This document shows, piece by piece, positions 1 through 14,700 of a stretch of DNA of 64,000 nucleotides; position 1 is the first letter of the stretch, and each line of letters opens with the position of its first letter. Source of the stretch: Sphagnum compactum (Eukaryota). The translations under genes and the position numbers were made by a program. The stretch covers positions 21,380,213 to 21,444,212 of the forward strand of contig OZ234493.1 of NCBI GenBank assembly GCA_965153455.1, given 5' to 3'. The notes beneath the pieces are model-generated. The model did not search any database and was not told where the DNA came from. It saw only the letters and a list, made by a program, of their open reading frames with translations.

Positions 1-345
1 TTTTCACTGAATCAAAAAAGCAAATCATCTCTTTAGGTCCAATGAAAGAGTGGGAGGAGGATCACTAACACACCAATGGACATTGAGGCCTCCTGTTAGC
101 TCCCAAGGGGGGGGGGGAGACAGAGAGTTGAAAAGGTCCACCAATTCACCTTCGCACATTTCTACACGAGTTGCTTCCTTGGAAAGAGGGGCATGGGGTG
201 GTGACCAATGACCACCCATCCTAGCCTCTAGTACTACCCCCCCAAATTTCTACGCCTACTAAAAAAAAAGGGGGCAAAGGGAAAAAGTACAAAGTACCAA
301 AGCACCTAGAAAGGTCAATGTGTAAATGAGAAATATCATATGAAC

Positions 346-1522
346 CTTGGTCTTTTGTAAGATCCTGAACACAACTTGCAAGGTATACTTTTCGAATAAA
401 TGAACAAGTCTTTTCTGTTTTTTCTCAAGGTAGACGGTACAGCGCCTTGTACCACTTGCAATCTGCAGGTTGCAGTCAAGACAACACAGAAATGAAAGTC
501 GCGATTTTGTGAAGACCAACAAAGTTGGCAAACGTTTGTTTAATTCCTAAACTCATTATAAGCCAAAAATGACTCCTTTTCAGAATTTTAAATTTGGGCC
601 ATGTGGAGGATGGTCATAAGCTACAAATGGCACATTGTCCCACACAGTCAATGTCAATTTAGCTGGGGACTTTGATGAAAATAATGCATGCAGTGACCTG
701 GAGGGAGGGAGTGTGGGCGGGTGGGCGGGGGTGCAGTGTCTGGCCAAGGCTGCCCAGAGCACCATGGTGCCAGGCTTGTGAAGGACAGTTGAAGGGGATT
801 GTAGTTATATTAGGGGGGAGGGCAGGTGAGCATTACTTATTATATCTTATCCACCAAAAATCTGGTGATTTTTGTATCTGATGCAGCCTTGAGGACATTC
901 AAAATATTTTCACAATGTGATCACTTGTATTGTGAGTCCGGCAGTAAAAGGTGCCAAATGTATAATAAGGTTTGAATGTGTTAGAATATCAGAGTGCTAG
1001 AAAAGCTCTAAGTATTAGAGATTCTCTTCCTTTCAAGAGATTCTCACACATACAAATAGTCATGTACTAGGGAATGGGCCATCATCCTTTGCGGTTTCAG
1101 GGTCCTAGCAAGTGTCAGGGGCAAGCCCAGGCCGTGCTAGGGCTCAGAACTCACAGGGGATGGCATGTTCCATGCAGTTTAAAAGTTAGGGAACCTCAAT
1201 AGTCGCACAGAATCTACCTTGGTGTTCAAATCAAACGACACAAGCAGATTCTGCATAACTAGCAAATTAATAAAGCACACACATGGAAGAGCCCAAGCCC
1301 TTTCGGGTTTGATGTTGTACCTTATTATCCTCTGCAAGCCTAATGTTTTTCATCATATCTTCTGCCTTGCCACCCCCCACTATGGGAAATTATAAACAAT
1401 ATCCAGATCTTCCATATCACTTTGTTTCTAAGATGCCTTCTGGTGTTCCCTTCATCAGACGCTGCAGAGTGCTATATGGGTCCCATATGGGTTGTGCTAG
1501 GAACATGGACTGGTCACTGGGA
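346..1522 (-). pseudogene. Unidentified intron-containing gene remnant
   Basis: Exon-like blocks with AG/GT borders on the minus strand: 1522-1321 (ends ...GGKAEDMMKNIRLAEDNK|gtac, internal stops), 1250-1218 (33 nt, NLLVSFDLNTK), a block near 960-850 (WHLLLPDSQYK*SHCENILNVLKAASD) and 462-346 (117 nt, open). Family not recognised. Confidence 0.45.
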
Positions 1523-1879
1523 CTGCAAGTGTTGTTTGACTTGTTTACTATGACACTTTGGGGAGATTGAAAAAGTGCTCCCAGGTGTCATATTTTTAAT
1601 GTTTTTAATAATTGTCACAAGTTACAAGTGCAATATTAACTGGGCATGAAATGAGAAACTGAGGTCCAAACTGGTGCCCAAACTGGTGTCCAACAAGATA
1701 TACTTTATATATATGTTCGTATGAAGATTTGAAAAATCAGCAAATTAAATTTATCTCACAGTTCCAGACTAAAATACATAAAGCACAAATAGCAATTATA
1801 TAAAAGTAATTTGGTAGAGTGTTGATATCCAACATGGCCATTCAATGATTGGCTCAACAAATTATCAAGCTATGCCCTT

Positions 1880-4800
1880 AATCACACTCATCACCCATTG
1901 GAAATGCTCATGCTTTTTAGCAAAAAAAATCCTTTGGTCAAAATATTTACAATCATGTTTTCTATGTTGTAATACACCAACACAATAAATCCTGTCTTAA
2001 TTTTGTCATTAAATGTTGAACTCGTGACCTGCCTTGTGCAAGTAAGACATGCTGGACTCATGTATAGAGATATACAACATTGATTGTTCTCATATATGAT
2101 AAGGGGTTTCATCATATGCATGCGGATAACCAATGTTCCTAAAAAAAATGATGAAAGTCACTTTGTTGCCTTGTGGCTTGGGAAGTTATTGTATACTCGT
2201 GAGCATCTATTGATGGCATGACAATAAAGGTCTACTTTTTGCTACTCCAACTAACAGTTCCATTTCTAATTAAGAATTCCTAACCTAATTTGTACCACCA
2301 TCAAAATTTCTAGCCCAATCTGCATCACAATATACATACATTTTTGTGTTTTCATAAACAATAATACATTTCCCATTGAAGTAGTGGTTTTGGTAGGCAT
2401 TCCTTTCAAAAAATTAATGGTTTGCATTGTTTCCATTGGAACCTTGGGTACGGTAAGCACCACTTTTGGAGCACACAAAATATTGGACCATTGTAACCTT
2501 GAATATTGTAGGCATCCCATTTGGTGCAAACAAGGCCCAAAATGTTATCATCAAAACCTTGCCTATGGTAGGCACTCGTTTTAAAGTGAACCATCCCATA
2601 ATGTGCTATTAGAACCTTGGCTAAAGCACACCTTTCAAAACATGCACATCTTGTGGGAATCTTTGTTATGTTAGGCACCCTTTTCAATGTGCACATGACT
2701 CATATAGTTTCTGTCAAAACCTTGGCTATGGTGAACACTAAACAACCCTTTGTGAGTGCACTTAGTACATAAAAGTATCATCAATACTTCCTTCAATTTC
2801 AACCAAAACAAAAACACAAAATGCTTTGAATAGGTAATGAAATAGATGTTACACTATAATCCAATAAATCGGATCATGACCATCATAGCACGAAAGCTAT
2901 TAAGTCATGTGCATATCATTGCATACATGAGAATTCCAATAGTATTTTGAAAATGGGTTTAGCTTTTTTACTTGTAAGGTTACTTTGAAAAGATTTTGAA
3001 TTTACTTTCATGTGTTTATGTTCAAAAGTATCTTATTTTTAAACTAGATTTTGGTGTGCCACCGTTTTTGTGTTTTTTTACCATGCTTTCACTTAGGACA
3101 CATATTTTGAAAGTTTATAATTAATAATAAAAGAGATTTGCATTGGCTTCTTTTCAACCATATTGAAACATCTCAATATATCTTTAAAGTATTACTTTGG
3201 TTCAAGTATATCATTAGTTTTGTCAAATTTGTTTCACTTGTATCCTTGAGCAATATTGAATCTCACTTAAATCCACTGAATCTCAAAATTCTTCAAGAAA
3301 TTAACATTTGTGTTTTTCAACAAAGTGAAGTCATTAGAAGTTGAAATAATATTATCAACATATAAAGTATGTTTTTTTTTCAAAACTCTTTCAAAATAAA
3401 CAATATGGTTAACACCTTTTTTTTTCTAATGTCATTTAGAAATTTCCTTGGTAAGAATTTGATTCTAAACATATGTTGTAATTGTCAATAGTTTTGCCCA
3501 AAATATATGGTTCAATTTCATGTGTTTTTAACATGCATTACATACTTTGATAACCATTCAATTATTTTTCTCAACTACTCAATTTTGCTCTAGTGCGTAC
3601 ATAGTCATTGTTTATTTCACAATGACATTATGCTTGCAAAACACGTTGAAACTTTTGGAGTTATATTCCTCACCTCTATCACATTTAATTTTTTAATATA
3701 TTTTTAGTTTGATTTTTCACCAAAACTTTTAAACCTTGAACTTGTTAAGCACATTAAATTTAATCTTCACAGTGTAAAGGAATGTTGAAAAATCATCAAT
3801 GAAGGTTTTTTTTTTTTTTTTTTTTTTCCATGGGACCACCACATGGATTTATGTGCATAAATTTTATATTTTTCTATGCATTTGAAAATCCTCAATCAAA
3901 GGGAATGGGGTAGATGATGTTTACCACACACACATCCATCATAAGACCTCAAGTCATGATCTCAAAATTGTGGTCCATATCTTCAACATGTTTAATTTTG
4001 GACATGGTTGTTAGGCCTTACATAGAGATTGTATGCTTGAGTCTTTGATGCCACAAATTACACATAATATTTATGTGACATTACAATTTGCAACCAAAAT
4101 GTAAACAACTCCAACCAACATGTATAACCTTTCTTTTATCATAGCCTTAACAATCACCTTACTTGGTTCATACGACTTCAATTATAACATTTAGTTAGAA
4201 TAAAATTCCACCTTGAAACCTTGTTATAAGAATTGACTAAATAATAATAGATTCTTTGGCAACTTTGAAACATAAAATACATTTTCAATGCATTTAGTTC
4301 CATTTAATAGTTTGAAAGCAATAATGCCTTTCATTCACACATCAAACTTGTACTACTGTCTCCAAGATATAGTTTGTGACCCAAAGCAAGTCCCCAAGGG
4401 TTGAAAATGTTTCTTTTTGGAAGGTGAAAAATTGTGAAGCTCAAGATTCAACAAATAAAAGTATACTTGCAAACCTCAAAGATAGACAAAACAATCATGA
4501 ATTGTTCACTATTGCTTGTTGTAGTTGTTTGTGAAGTATCTTGCTAACTTATTTTTTCAATATTGCTTCTTTTTATGAAATTCTTTCACAAAATGATCTC
4601 TTAATGCCACAATAATAACAAGATCCCTTCTTCTTTGGCTTCTCATTCCTTAATTTTTTTCAATTTACACCCATTTTCAACTTCTTAGAAATCCTTATAC
4701 TAATAGTGTTTGTTATTTTGTACCATGGTTAAGCTCAAGATTCTTGCTTGGACCACAATTATTCCAAGAGAAGTTATTTCCATTTTTTCCCAAATGACGG
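1880..4800 (-). mobile_element. Degenerate Ty1/copia LTR retrotransposon internal region (integrase-RT-RNaseH)
   Basis: Minus-strand motifs in copia order: integrase TFIDDFS (~3790), RT LYVDNII (YVDD-like, ~3350-3368), QNTIGILMYAMICT (~2905-2948), RNase H YCDADW (~2315-2333), VSWSSKK (~2240), ENMIVNILTK (~1935-1965). Many stops and frameshifts. Ends approximate. Confidence 0.85.
2385..2762. repeat. Degenerate ~55-60 bp tandem repeat (6-7 units) inside copia RT-RNaseH linker
   Basis: Core AACCTTGGCTATGGTAGGCACCCTTT..GTGCAC recurs at ~2440, 2495, 2556, 2613, 2658 and 2718 with variable intervening sequence. Confidence 0.75.
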
Positions 4801-6999
4801 GGAAAAAAAAGAAAAGTGCAAGTTACTCAAAAAAAAAGTAATAGTTTATTTATATGTAAATAGGGTGCTTATAATTGGATCATAAAAATTTACCTCATAC
4901 AAGTTAAGATTGGAATTTCTTTCATAATTACAAACTTAAATGCATTAAGCACAAATACCAAAGATGCAAAAATAACTTGGTAGGATGTTGATATCCAACA
5001 TTTTGAAAGTTTAGCATTTTTGTAAAGCATTTGGTGAAATTAAAAAGTGTGTTAAGGGAATAATTTTGAACTAACTTTCAATCCCTAAGGTGAAAGACAC
5101 TTTTGGAGTTCATGAGAGGAGTAACATTGTGGGGGTTCACCCTTTCAATAGCCCATGGGTTATGTGAAAAGCCAAATCCCACCTAATATTCATTTTTTTT
5201 GTTGGTATTAGTTGTTATCAGATGTTGCATAATGCATAGTAGCGTGAGATGGGTATTTAAATTTTTTAATAACAATTTAGTTATGGGTTTAAAAATATAT
5301 ATATTTTGAAAGAATAGATGGGGTTTGGGTTTATTCAAATTTCAAAGAACAAATTAGTTTTGGGTTCTTAAAATTCCAATGATAAGTAGGTATAAAGGAG
5401 GGTTAAGGGTTGGATCCATTTCAAGGTGAGTATTACATTCTAGGGCCTTTAATATGAACTTTAATTGATATCCTATTTTGTTCCTTAAAACATCTCAATC
5501 CTTTGGGAGGAATTTCTATTATAGTTGACAATTTTTTACCTAGGTTTTTAAATGCAAGGTTGAAAATGCCTTGTATGAAATATTGCAAAATGGGGAAACC
5601 AACAACAAAACATGCAAAGTTTCATAACTAAATCTAAAATCACAAGTTTTTCTTCTTAACTTTTAAACTATAAACCTAATTGAAAGGAGCTAATGTCAAT
5701 ATGAATAAGAATGATAGTCTTTTTTATTAGATTGGTTATATTATAGGCCATTTTACATGTTCATGTTCCATATATAATTTTAGATGGGCCCTTAAAAACA
5801 TATTCATATATGGATTCCCAACTCAATGATGGATATACAAACTACAAACCTCAAAAGACAAACATACACTTCATAATATAAACATACCTAGAAAACAAAT
5901 AAACCTAAAAAAGATCGACTTGAAACAAACAAACTTTAAAAAACAAACATTTCAAAAATTTAGATAGATTTCAAAAAATCTAAATATACATTAAAAATTT
6001 AACCAAACCTTCATATTAAAAATGATAGACACAAAAATAAAAAATGATGATATAGGATTTCATAATTAAAGTGTTAAACATTCAAAAACATAAAAAACCT
6101 CATAATTAAAAAAATAGATGCTTCAAAACAAAAAAAATTGTCAAAGAAAGACTTTCTTCAAATACTAACCATCAAAATCTTAGACTTCCCATCAATCTTT
6201 AATTCCCTTCAAAGATAGATAGACAAGCCTTCAAAAAAACTTAATAGAATTTGGATTCACCAAAAACATTCCACAATTTGGAAACGCATAAAAGTTTTTT
6301 ATATAAGAACCTTAACATAAAATTCATTTCATTATCTTCATGGACACTTGGTGGGTGAAAGCATGGTAAAGTATACACAAAAAATAGTGTAAACAATAAA
6401 ATATTGGGGTCTCTATATAAAAGGATTAACAAGTAGATGATTTTTATGGGGATACTAATATTATTTTTGGGTATATTATTTCTTAACTTTTGTTTGCATG
6501 AACTTCAAAAACTAAATTGTTATAATCATGGTTTTTTACACTACTCGCAAGTACTTGAATTGGACCTAAAATTTGTGGTAGTTTGAAAAATAAAGTTCAA
6601 GTAGTTGAAAGTAGGTGAAATTTTTTGCAAATATTTGGGTTTTTTTCCTACACTTTAATATTGATGTGGTGAACATTCCAATATAAGTTTTTGGGTTAAT
6701 GAGTTTGTTTTCATAACTAAAATGATTTTTAACCTTTGAAAAATGACAAAATTTTTGGAGATACTTTTGGGTACTTTTTCAAGTCCAAATGATATGACAC
6801 AAATTGCTTTGAGAAGCTAGGCGGCTAAAGATGCCCATGAAAAAAAAAAAAAGTGTCATTTGTGTTGAAATGCTAAATGAAGGTTAGAAGTTTTTAAAAA
6901 ATGTTTTTGGGGGGTTTTTAAGTAGAAAACAAGGTATCAAGTATGTACAAAATACCTTGCTTGCACCCTGGTATGTACAAAGATTTATACATCTGGTTA

Positions 7000-9900
7000 A
7001 CTTCCATGTAGGAAAAAAAAAAAGTTCAAACACCTACACATTCCAAAACAAATTCACAAAATGTCACATCATTATATAAAATGTATTGTGGACATTTGAA
7101 AATTCTTCACATTCAACCTCATTCGCAAATCCAACATCCAACTCTTTTGTCAAATTAAATTCAACCTCATATATATGCCAAATCTATAGGTTTCAAGCAA
7201 CTAGCACAAGGATTAGCTAGCCAATTTTTGTTCACAAAAATAAGATTGTCCAAGTTGACAATTTGCGGCCAACATCTCCAAAGTGTTGTGACAATTCTAT
7301 AAATATAATATATTCTTTTTATTTTGATATGGTAGGTTGGTTGGGATGCTCAATTTTTTTCATGATAATATAGCCACAGTGGGAAATTTTTGCTTTTCTA
7401 TTTGCCACCATGACAAAACACATTTGCAAATTTCTAGATCAATAGGATAACAATGTAATGATTAAAACTTTCTTGCCACAATGTCCTTATATGCGCATTT
7501 ATATATGTGTTAGACTACCAAAATAGATCATGACAGTCTATAAGTGAGGTAGATTCATTAAGGCCTTAAACCCTATTGGGCATCAATAACTTGAAAGCAT
7601 TCAACATTAGAGGCAACAACAATTGTCATAATCAACAACTAAGGTGGCATCAATTTCATGACCTAGATTAATCATCACCAACTGCATACTTTTATATTTG
7701 AAATCCAACATCAATACCAACATGTTGTGCCTTTTTTTTTTATCAACAAAATGCAAAAAAGAAAGGAAGGCCGTAAAGACCGTCAACACATGGTGCTTCC
7801 TATAAAAGAAGAGTTCATCCAATTCAAAATAAAAAACATTTGCCTCTTCTTTAACAAGTTGGCTGTCAAGGACCCTCTAGTCGGAAATCTCTTCACAAAG
7901 TTGTGACATTTAGATATGACAAAATGGAAGGCATCCCCAAGGAGCTAGTTCCTTTGAACATTGAGTGACAAAACTTTCACAACAACTTTGCAAACAACCC
8001 ATGTTGTGGTGAAGGAATGTGACTTTGTAATGTTATAATTTGATGGTTGTAGTTCACAATGCAATGGGAATTCAAAAAGTCAAAGTGTTTTAGAATAACG
8101 AAACTTGACTTGCAAACCTATAATCAACAACAAACGCAATTACACCACATTAGTGGAAATAATAAAGACCTAACAAAATTTTTGGACTCCTGTTAATTAA
8201 AACTTAATGATAAAAAAATGAAATAAAAATCACATTCACCTTGTCTTGACATGTGTGTTCAATTTTCTGGGTTTCAAGCCAGAATCTACGCAAGCTTTTT
8301 CCCATGTTTGCCTCCCCTTCCTAAACTTATGTGGCCAAGTAAATACACTTTTAGATATGAACTTGAACTATCCTTATGGATGCCTATGCCATGGGCCACT
8401 TTTTCATATGTAGTTGTATATTTGCACACCTTTGATAGGTCGTGCCAAAAGCATCATCCATCAAATGGATCCAACATACCTAAGCTTGCACATGAAACAA
8501 CAAATTCAAAGTATAATTGACACAAGTTTATAGATTTGATTCATCATTTTTGATGCAAGTAAGGATCTTATGAATAAGGAAAGACTTGTCAAGAAGTTAT
8601 AATTTTGGAACCATAATTGCACCACTAATGTCACTCATTTCAAACATTAACGCAATTGTAATCATGTGTTTATCCTCCCACATACTAGACAAAAATTAAC
8701 AACCATAGCAAAGACGTACGTGCCCCTTTTGACATCCATAAATTAAGTGTGCATGTAGTTGATAGACATTTTACCAGTGTTGGTTGACATAAGTAACCAT
8801 AGTCCTTTCCACCAATCCAAGTAAAATTTCATCCACCAAAACCTTTTTGCTAAGGAAGATCACCCTTGGGCATAACTTATATGCAAATCCTTGGAGCTAG
8901 ATGGATTCAATAATCCTCATGGGCAAGTGTTCCTTTCATCATAAAGAACATCAAATCCTCCAAGGAACCAACTTGTGTTTCATTATCCTTCTTGAATTTG
9001 TTAACATATGAAAAGACTCAAAAATGGCCAATGGTGTCACATGTGTCCTTTTTTTGGCTAGCCCATGGGCAAGTGGAGTAATAATTGCATTAGTTATATC
9101 GTTAAGGAATTTTTTAAGTACGACATTATATTCAATCTTGACATGCTTCTTCATGCTTGTAATTCCATTTGATTTATGGTAAGCAATGAAACCTTTCCAT
9201 AACTTAATGCATAATGCCAAAACTTTAAGACCCATGACTTCACTACGACAAACTATGCATTGCATTATTTGGTTTGGAAAAGGTAAATTGGTTGGTTGTT
9301 GTTCACCTTTGAAAACCCACGTTGGTGAATCTGATTATGAGGCTTCTAACGAACTGCTTGCTTTTTCAAATTTGTCATGTGCAAATTTAAAACATATGAA
9401 TCATCACTAGGAATAGGAATAACTTCGGCAAGATGAAGCTTTCCATTTGTTTCCGATAGGTTGTCAACATTAATGCTATTATCATGGCCTACAAATATTT
9501 GTACCATCTCCTCATTAGGTGACAAAACTCTTCATGACAAGACTTGAGGAACCCATACAAAACTTGTTGAAAGTTCACAACTTTTCACCCCCAAAAAATG
9601 CAAACAAAGGGGGTTCGGTGGGAGGTGAAAAAACAAAAGCTCACAAAGTCACCAAAAGAAAGACAAATGGGATTTGGTGAAAGGTTAAAAAATAGAGAAA
9701 TGGGAAAGAGATTGAAGGCCAAAGCTCAATGACAGTTGATAGAGCTTGCAATTTGCAACTCAACCCCAATTTTGCCCTCCTTCTTGGTATTTGCATTTTT
9801 TCCACCTTCCTTCCACATAATTGCTTCAGAGTCGAGGCAACAAGGTGATAGAAGTCATAAGGTGAAAGCTTCAAAGCTTTCACAAACCCTAAACCCTCAA

Positions 9901-10040
9901 ACATTGCTACGGAAGGCAATGGTCTTGGAATGGAGGACACAAAAAACAATTTTGTGTTAAAGGGTGGGTATGAGGTGACTGCAGCTCTTTGGGAATTTTA
10001 CACCTGCCGGTTTCGCATGGGTATACCGTGGTTGACACCC
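7000..10040 (-). mobile_element. Degenerate hAT-like DNA transposon
   Basis: BED-like zinc finger MQCIVC...YHKSNGITSMKKHV (ORF 8951-9265) and downstream transposase-like fragment FVDKKKRHNMLVLMLDFKYKSMQLV (7607-7822). Many stops; TIRs not resolved. Confidence 0.7.
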
Positions 10041-11739
10041 AGCAGGGGTTTGGAGAAAATTTTGGTACCCACCTCATGCTGGTGCATACCTATATGAGAG
10101 ATGAAGTTCCAAGACTCTGCCTCAGCATCCACATCCAGTTTCGAGATGCCATTTTTAAAAATCAAAAGTGGGTGCAAGAACTAGCTTAGTGTTGATGATA
10201 AAAATCAATATGAATTTTTCAAAACAAAATGTTCACTGGTTCTCTAATTGGTTGCAAGTTTCAATGTTGAAATGCCCAACAACCAAGTGATCTATAAAGC
10301 TGAACCCATCAACCCCACTTTTTAGCCTCCAAATAGTTCCAATAAGAATGTTCTCTATGGTGCACACAGGCCAATCACTCAACCTAGCCAAACGTTCTGT
10401 CCCCACAGATGAGTAGAGCAGATTTTGTGGTGTACTATTATTGTTTCCCCCCCCCCTTTGTTGTGTGCCCTAAACCAGGACTCAAGTCCAAACTAGTGTC
10501 ATTGGATTCTTTTTCCCAAGCCCCCCACCCCCCCCCCCCCCCCCCCCCACCGCCCTCAATTTTGGTGGCATTGGTGAATTAAAAAGCCACCAATCCACAA
10601 AGATGTAGTTGAAGGAGTGCAATGCAACTACCTCCACATTTTGTTGAATGGGCAAATTTAATTGCACTCCAAGGTCTTCATGTTTGCTCATGGGATCATT
10701 CTACATTCCAAATCACATAGAACTTGTTGCCAAGACGAGAATGACTTGAAGGTTTGACAACCAAGCATGATTTGGTAATATAAGGTTCTCCCAAAACCTT
10801 AAAAGAATTTAGACACCCAATTGGGCAATGGACAAAAATAAAGATAAAATAAAGATAACTTCTCTTCCCACTTGGGAAAACATATAGAGACTTCTACCGC
10901 ACATTCCCAACCACTTTGACCATTGCAAGAGCCTCCTCATCCTTGGTACTTTTTGATGGCTGAACCCCACCTCCAAAAGTGTTTCAGGATGTGGCAATTT
11001 CTTGGCCATGCTTGCAAAATCTCTAACTGAAAAAGGGCAAGTGAGCATTATGTATGTGTGTGGGAAGTGACTGGCTATTCTTGCCCAGCCAAAAAAAAAC
11101 ACTATCTAACAGAAAAAGGGCAAAAGTGGGCGGGATGTGTATGAGAAGTGGCACCACAAATTTTGTACAAAATGCCACCCTAACCCTAAACCCCTACTCA
11201 ACTTGGACCAAGTGTGGCGCCTATTTTTCACCCCTTCCTTTGGAATAGGACTTTCCACTTATATATATATATATACCAAAAGGTCAAAATGATATTAATG
11301 AATTCAGCTTGATTGTTGGGAATTTCATGCCCCTGGACCCCCTTGGTGAATCAGTGACGTTTTGCTGGTGCTGGACTATAAAGTTCTGCTTTTTGTCTTT
11401 AGAAATATTCATGGTTCCCAGATATGTCTGCAATCACTTAAAATAAGTCCATAGGTATATATGTTAAGGTGGGACTTGTTTAGTATTTTGGAAGTTTTTT
11501 CTTGGTGGTCCCCAATTTCCCTTTTGCCCTTTTTATGTTGTGCTTTATAGAGGTGGCATGTAAAATGGAGGAACCCCAAGTATATAAAAATCAAGGACAG
11601 GAACCCATCCATCAAAAGTACAAGGCAAATGAAAGCATGAGTAGACACAATCCAAAGAAAAAACAAAAGCAAACAATCAACAAAAAATAAGGAAAAAACC
11701 CTATGCAAATAGGACCCATGGCAACGAAATGACGATCAA

Positions 11740-14700
11740 CAATAACAAAGAAGACCTAAGATGAGAAAGTTGTCGTCTGTCACAAATCGACTAGTGACAA
11801 TGGTACATTAGCTATGATGTGTGGAAGAGATGAGGAACCTCGACCAAGTGCAGCAACTCGTTGAAGAATTGCTATGACTTACGCATGTTGCAGGGCTATG
11901 GACACATGCTATTGATAGTGAGAAACAAACATCGAGGGGACTAAAGAAGACCATTGATGACATTTGATAGTGGTATGTGCACAAGCGATCAAAAATAAAA
12001 ACATTCATATGTCTCAATAGCAAAGGGAATGAAATCATTGTTTGGTGTTCGTTCAGCGTAGGATTGAGTTTTTTTAAAAGCAACCATCATCATTGCATGT
12101 GCTATCATTGTCGATGTTCACTACGACATATATGTGTAAGTCAAGTCAATAATGACAATGTCAATCAAAATTTGGAAGTCATCTTTGGTGATAAGGATAT
12201 GCATTCATTGTTCAATGTGGCGAGGGAAAAGGTGGGAGACCTCCCTTTAAACATGTGCTCCACTTTTCAAAGCAATAGCTGCAACAACATCTTGAAGTGT
12301 GTCGTGGGCTATTGTACGCTCACTCTCGCAAGGACACCAAAGTAAATGGGTATTTAGATTGTCAATGTTATGACCACACTAACACTATGAAAGGTGGGCA
12401 ACTATAGGATGTGACAAGCCAAGACGAATACATTGTGCTGTAAGAAAGTGGGCTGATGATAAACGAAATGCTGGTGTGGTAAGACGAACTAATAACCAAG
12501 TGCCTACCCTTGGACCCGCATATGAACAAAAACATGCTTGCACGATATCTAAAGTAGCATATACTAAAAGAGAAACAAACTCCTACTCATGTAAGCGATC
12601 TGCCAAAGAACTCTACAATTGGGGATAAGACTGAACCATTAGGTTCTCAAAGGGTGGGACCTAAAAACGAGCAACCTAGGGAAAGATGGCTCGGACATCT
12701 TGTAGTGCCATTTAGAATGGGGAAAGGTTGGTTTCAACATCTGTTATTGCATCTAAAAAAATAAGGCGATCATCCTGTTGGAAATGAGTGACAAGTGTAA
12801 AAGCAATTAGTGCCCAACACCCCAAGAATGCAAGGGCATTAGTCTGAACCATAAAAGGAAGGCCGAAAAAGTAGGAAGAGTGGTATGATGACGAGCTAGG
12901 CAACTGATATAACCACCAAAAGATCCCACACCAAGTAACTTTTCCAACATAGTTATAGTACGAGTATTGAATTCAACATAATGTTATAAAATACCTACAA
13001 ATGGGAACATTATATGAAGCAAGTAGTTCGAGCGTTGGGCGTAGCACAATGAAAACATCATAAAAGCTACCAAAGGATTTGCAAGCATAGGGAGATTAAA
13101 TATCATCCCAAGATTTTCATGAAGAACCATAAACGATTCAACAAATGATGTGGATCGCAACAATGTGCCCAAAATACAAAAACCCAAATCGGAAATAAAA
13201 AAGCCAGGACGAAATGCTATAAAGTGTTCCAACCCCTAGGTGTTTGCACATTACAATAACCTTATATGGACGTCACAATGGCAGTTTTTCTTATATTTTT
13301 TTAGATGCAAAAAAATAAATAAAATAAAATTCATTGAAATAATAAAATGGATTCATGTATTTAAAACTATTAATCAACCTTCCAAAAATGAAAAAATCAA
13401 ATCAAAATCGTGGATAGCCAATAAGTAATGGACTTTTGAATTTTGCCCACATTTTTTGTCACACTTGCAAAACTCATGGATATGGATTTTTATCTTACAA
13501 TATCCCAAAGTTTCAAATACATAAGATAAAATTATGTTTAAAAAATATTTAAAAAACTAAAGATTCATTAAATGAATGAAATGTGATTTTAATTTATTAT
13601 GTTATATATTTCTTAAAATCCTTAAAATTGTAATTATTAAAAAACCCTTTTAAACATTTAAAAATTATTATTTTTTAAAAAAATTCTTTTTTTAAAATTT
13701 TTTATATGTCTTATAACATCATGATTTGAATTGGAAATGAAAAAAAATGTTACTTTCAATATCATCTAAATATTCATATTTTAAGCCAGTTTTCAACTAC
13801 ACTAGTAAAGGACTTTGAAAAAGGACTCTAATCTGTTGAAATTGTGACACCTTAATGTGTTTTCGCCCCTCTAAGGAGACCAAGCTACACATTTCGTTGG
13901 CTGCACTGAAAACGTTAATGTTAATAATTCCTCTTATAATCGTAAAAATGAAGGAACCACATCTTGTCGCAACCCCACTTTGTTCGAGTGTGGGGGTGAA
14001 GCCCAACACTTGGAAAAGTTGGAGGTTTGGAGCCCTCCGGGACTCCCGAATGTTCAGAGCTCGACAGCAAGGCCCAAAACACCTCGCATTAGGGTGTTCT
14101 TGGTGTCATTGGAAAGGTCTTGAAACGTAGATATCGAAAATGGCCTCGCATTGGCCATTTGGACATCTGCAGCCCAAGTTATGGGCAAAAGAAAGGCCGG
14201 GAGTCAAACTGGCAGTTTGACTCCCGACCACTAAAACTCGGGAATCGACCCTTTCCCGACGTCGCCTGATGGAGTGCGACATGGCGTTGGAAAGATCTCG
14301 ACGAGGGCTATAACTTTGGTTTAGACCTCGTTGCGATCTGACTCCGGAGTCAGGAGTTATGGCAGCTCAAAGTTCCGGGAGTCCCGCCGGGACAGTTTCG
14401 GGACTCCATTTCGGGAGTCCCAACAAAATGTGCCATTTGGATGTAGCCTCCGTGGTGAGCTGCAGAGATAACTATATGGGGGAAGGTGGTGGCTTCCCCC
14501 GAGTCCGGGCCGTGGTGAGTCTTGTGTGTCAAAGTGCCCGTGGCTTGTCCCAACACCCAAGGGTGTGCCGAATGCTAAACTAACCTCTTTGAGTTGGTTT
14601 TTGGATGTAGATACACACAAGCTAAGTTAGTCCCTCTTCCTAGTCTAATCCCTGGGCTCCCAACTCGACCCTCTACCCCTTTCTAGAGTTGGAAGCCGGG

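Noticed and set aside
2385-2762. CRISPR-like repeat/spacer appearance
   Set aside because: Repeats are highly degenerate, embedded in a copia pol region of a plant genome, and no cas genes are present.
13855-14620. Several GC-rich ORFs
   Set aside because: They lie within or overlap the solo LTR and are incidental.
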